From Octopus bimaculoides (Eukaryota): 64,000 nt of DNA. Below the pieces are notes generated by a model. The model saw nothing but the letters and a program-made list of their open reading frames with translations, had not been told where the DNA came from and ran no database searches. The position numbers and the translations under genes are program-made. The DNA lies in contig NC_068981.1 of assembly GCF_001194135.2 (NCBI RefSeq), positions 150,800,556 through 150,864,555 of the forward strand, read 5' to 3'. Within the stretch, counting starts at the first letter, position 1. The number at the start of each line of letters is the position of its first letter. This document shows, piece after piece, positions 63,956 to 64,000 of this stretch.

Positions 63956-64000
<45 letters not shown>

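Overview
AT-rich, repeat-dominated eukaryotic DNA with seven N gaps. The repeat families look like those of a coleoid cephalopod, probably Octopus; this is an inference from recalled families, not a database hit. No intact, recognisable protein-coding gene, rRNA, functional tRNA or CRISPR array was found. The long ORFs in the track come from microsatellites, tandem arrays, N gaps or decayed transposons. The window holds dozens of copies of 3-4 SINE-like families, several MITEs, and decayed pogo, mariner, RTE, R4/Dong-like, HERO-like and Penelope-like elements. Scattered strong splice signals suggest a long minus-strand intron-rich transcription unit, but its product could not be identified. 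Most notable observations: (1) a near-complete type I hammerhead ribozyme on the minus strand at 11940-12019; (2) a 208-bp foldback element with 39-bp TIRs, a 6-bp TSD and inward telomere-like (CCCTAA)n/(TTAGGG)n arms at 53273-53480; (3) a perfect 145-bp direct repeat bracketing a 2-kb insert that carries a much older, dead pogo transposase; (4) a hairpin of two convergent tRNA-like heads; (5) a candidate recursive splice site; (6) an apparent switch from CpG-poor to CpG-normal DNA near 53.3 kb.
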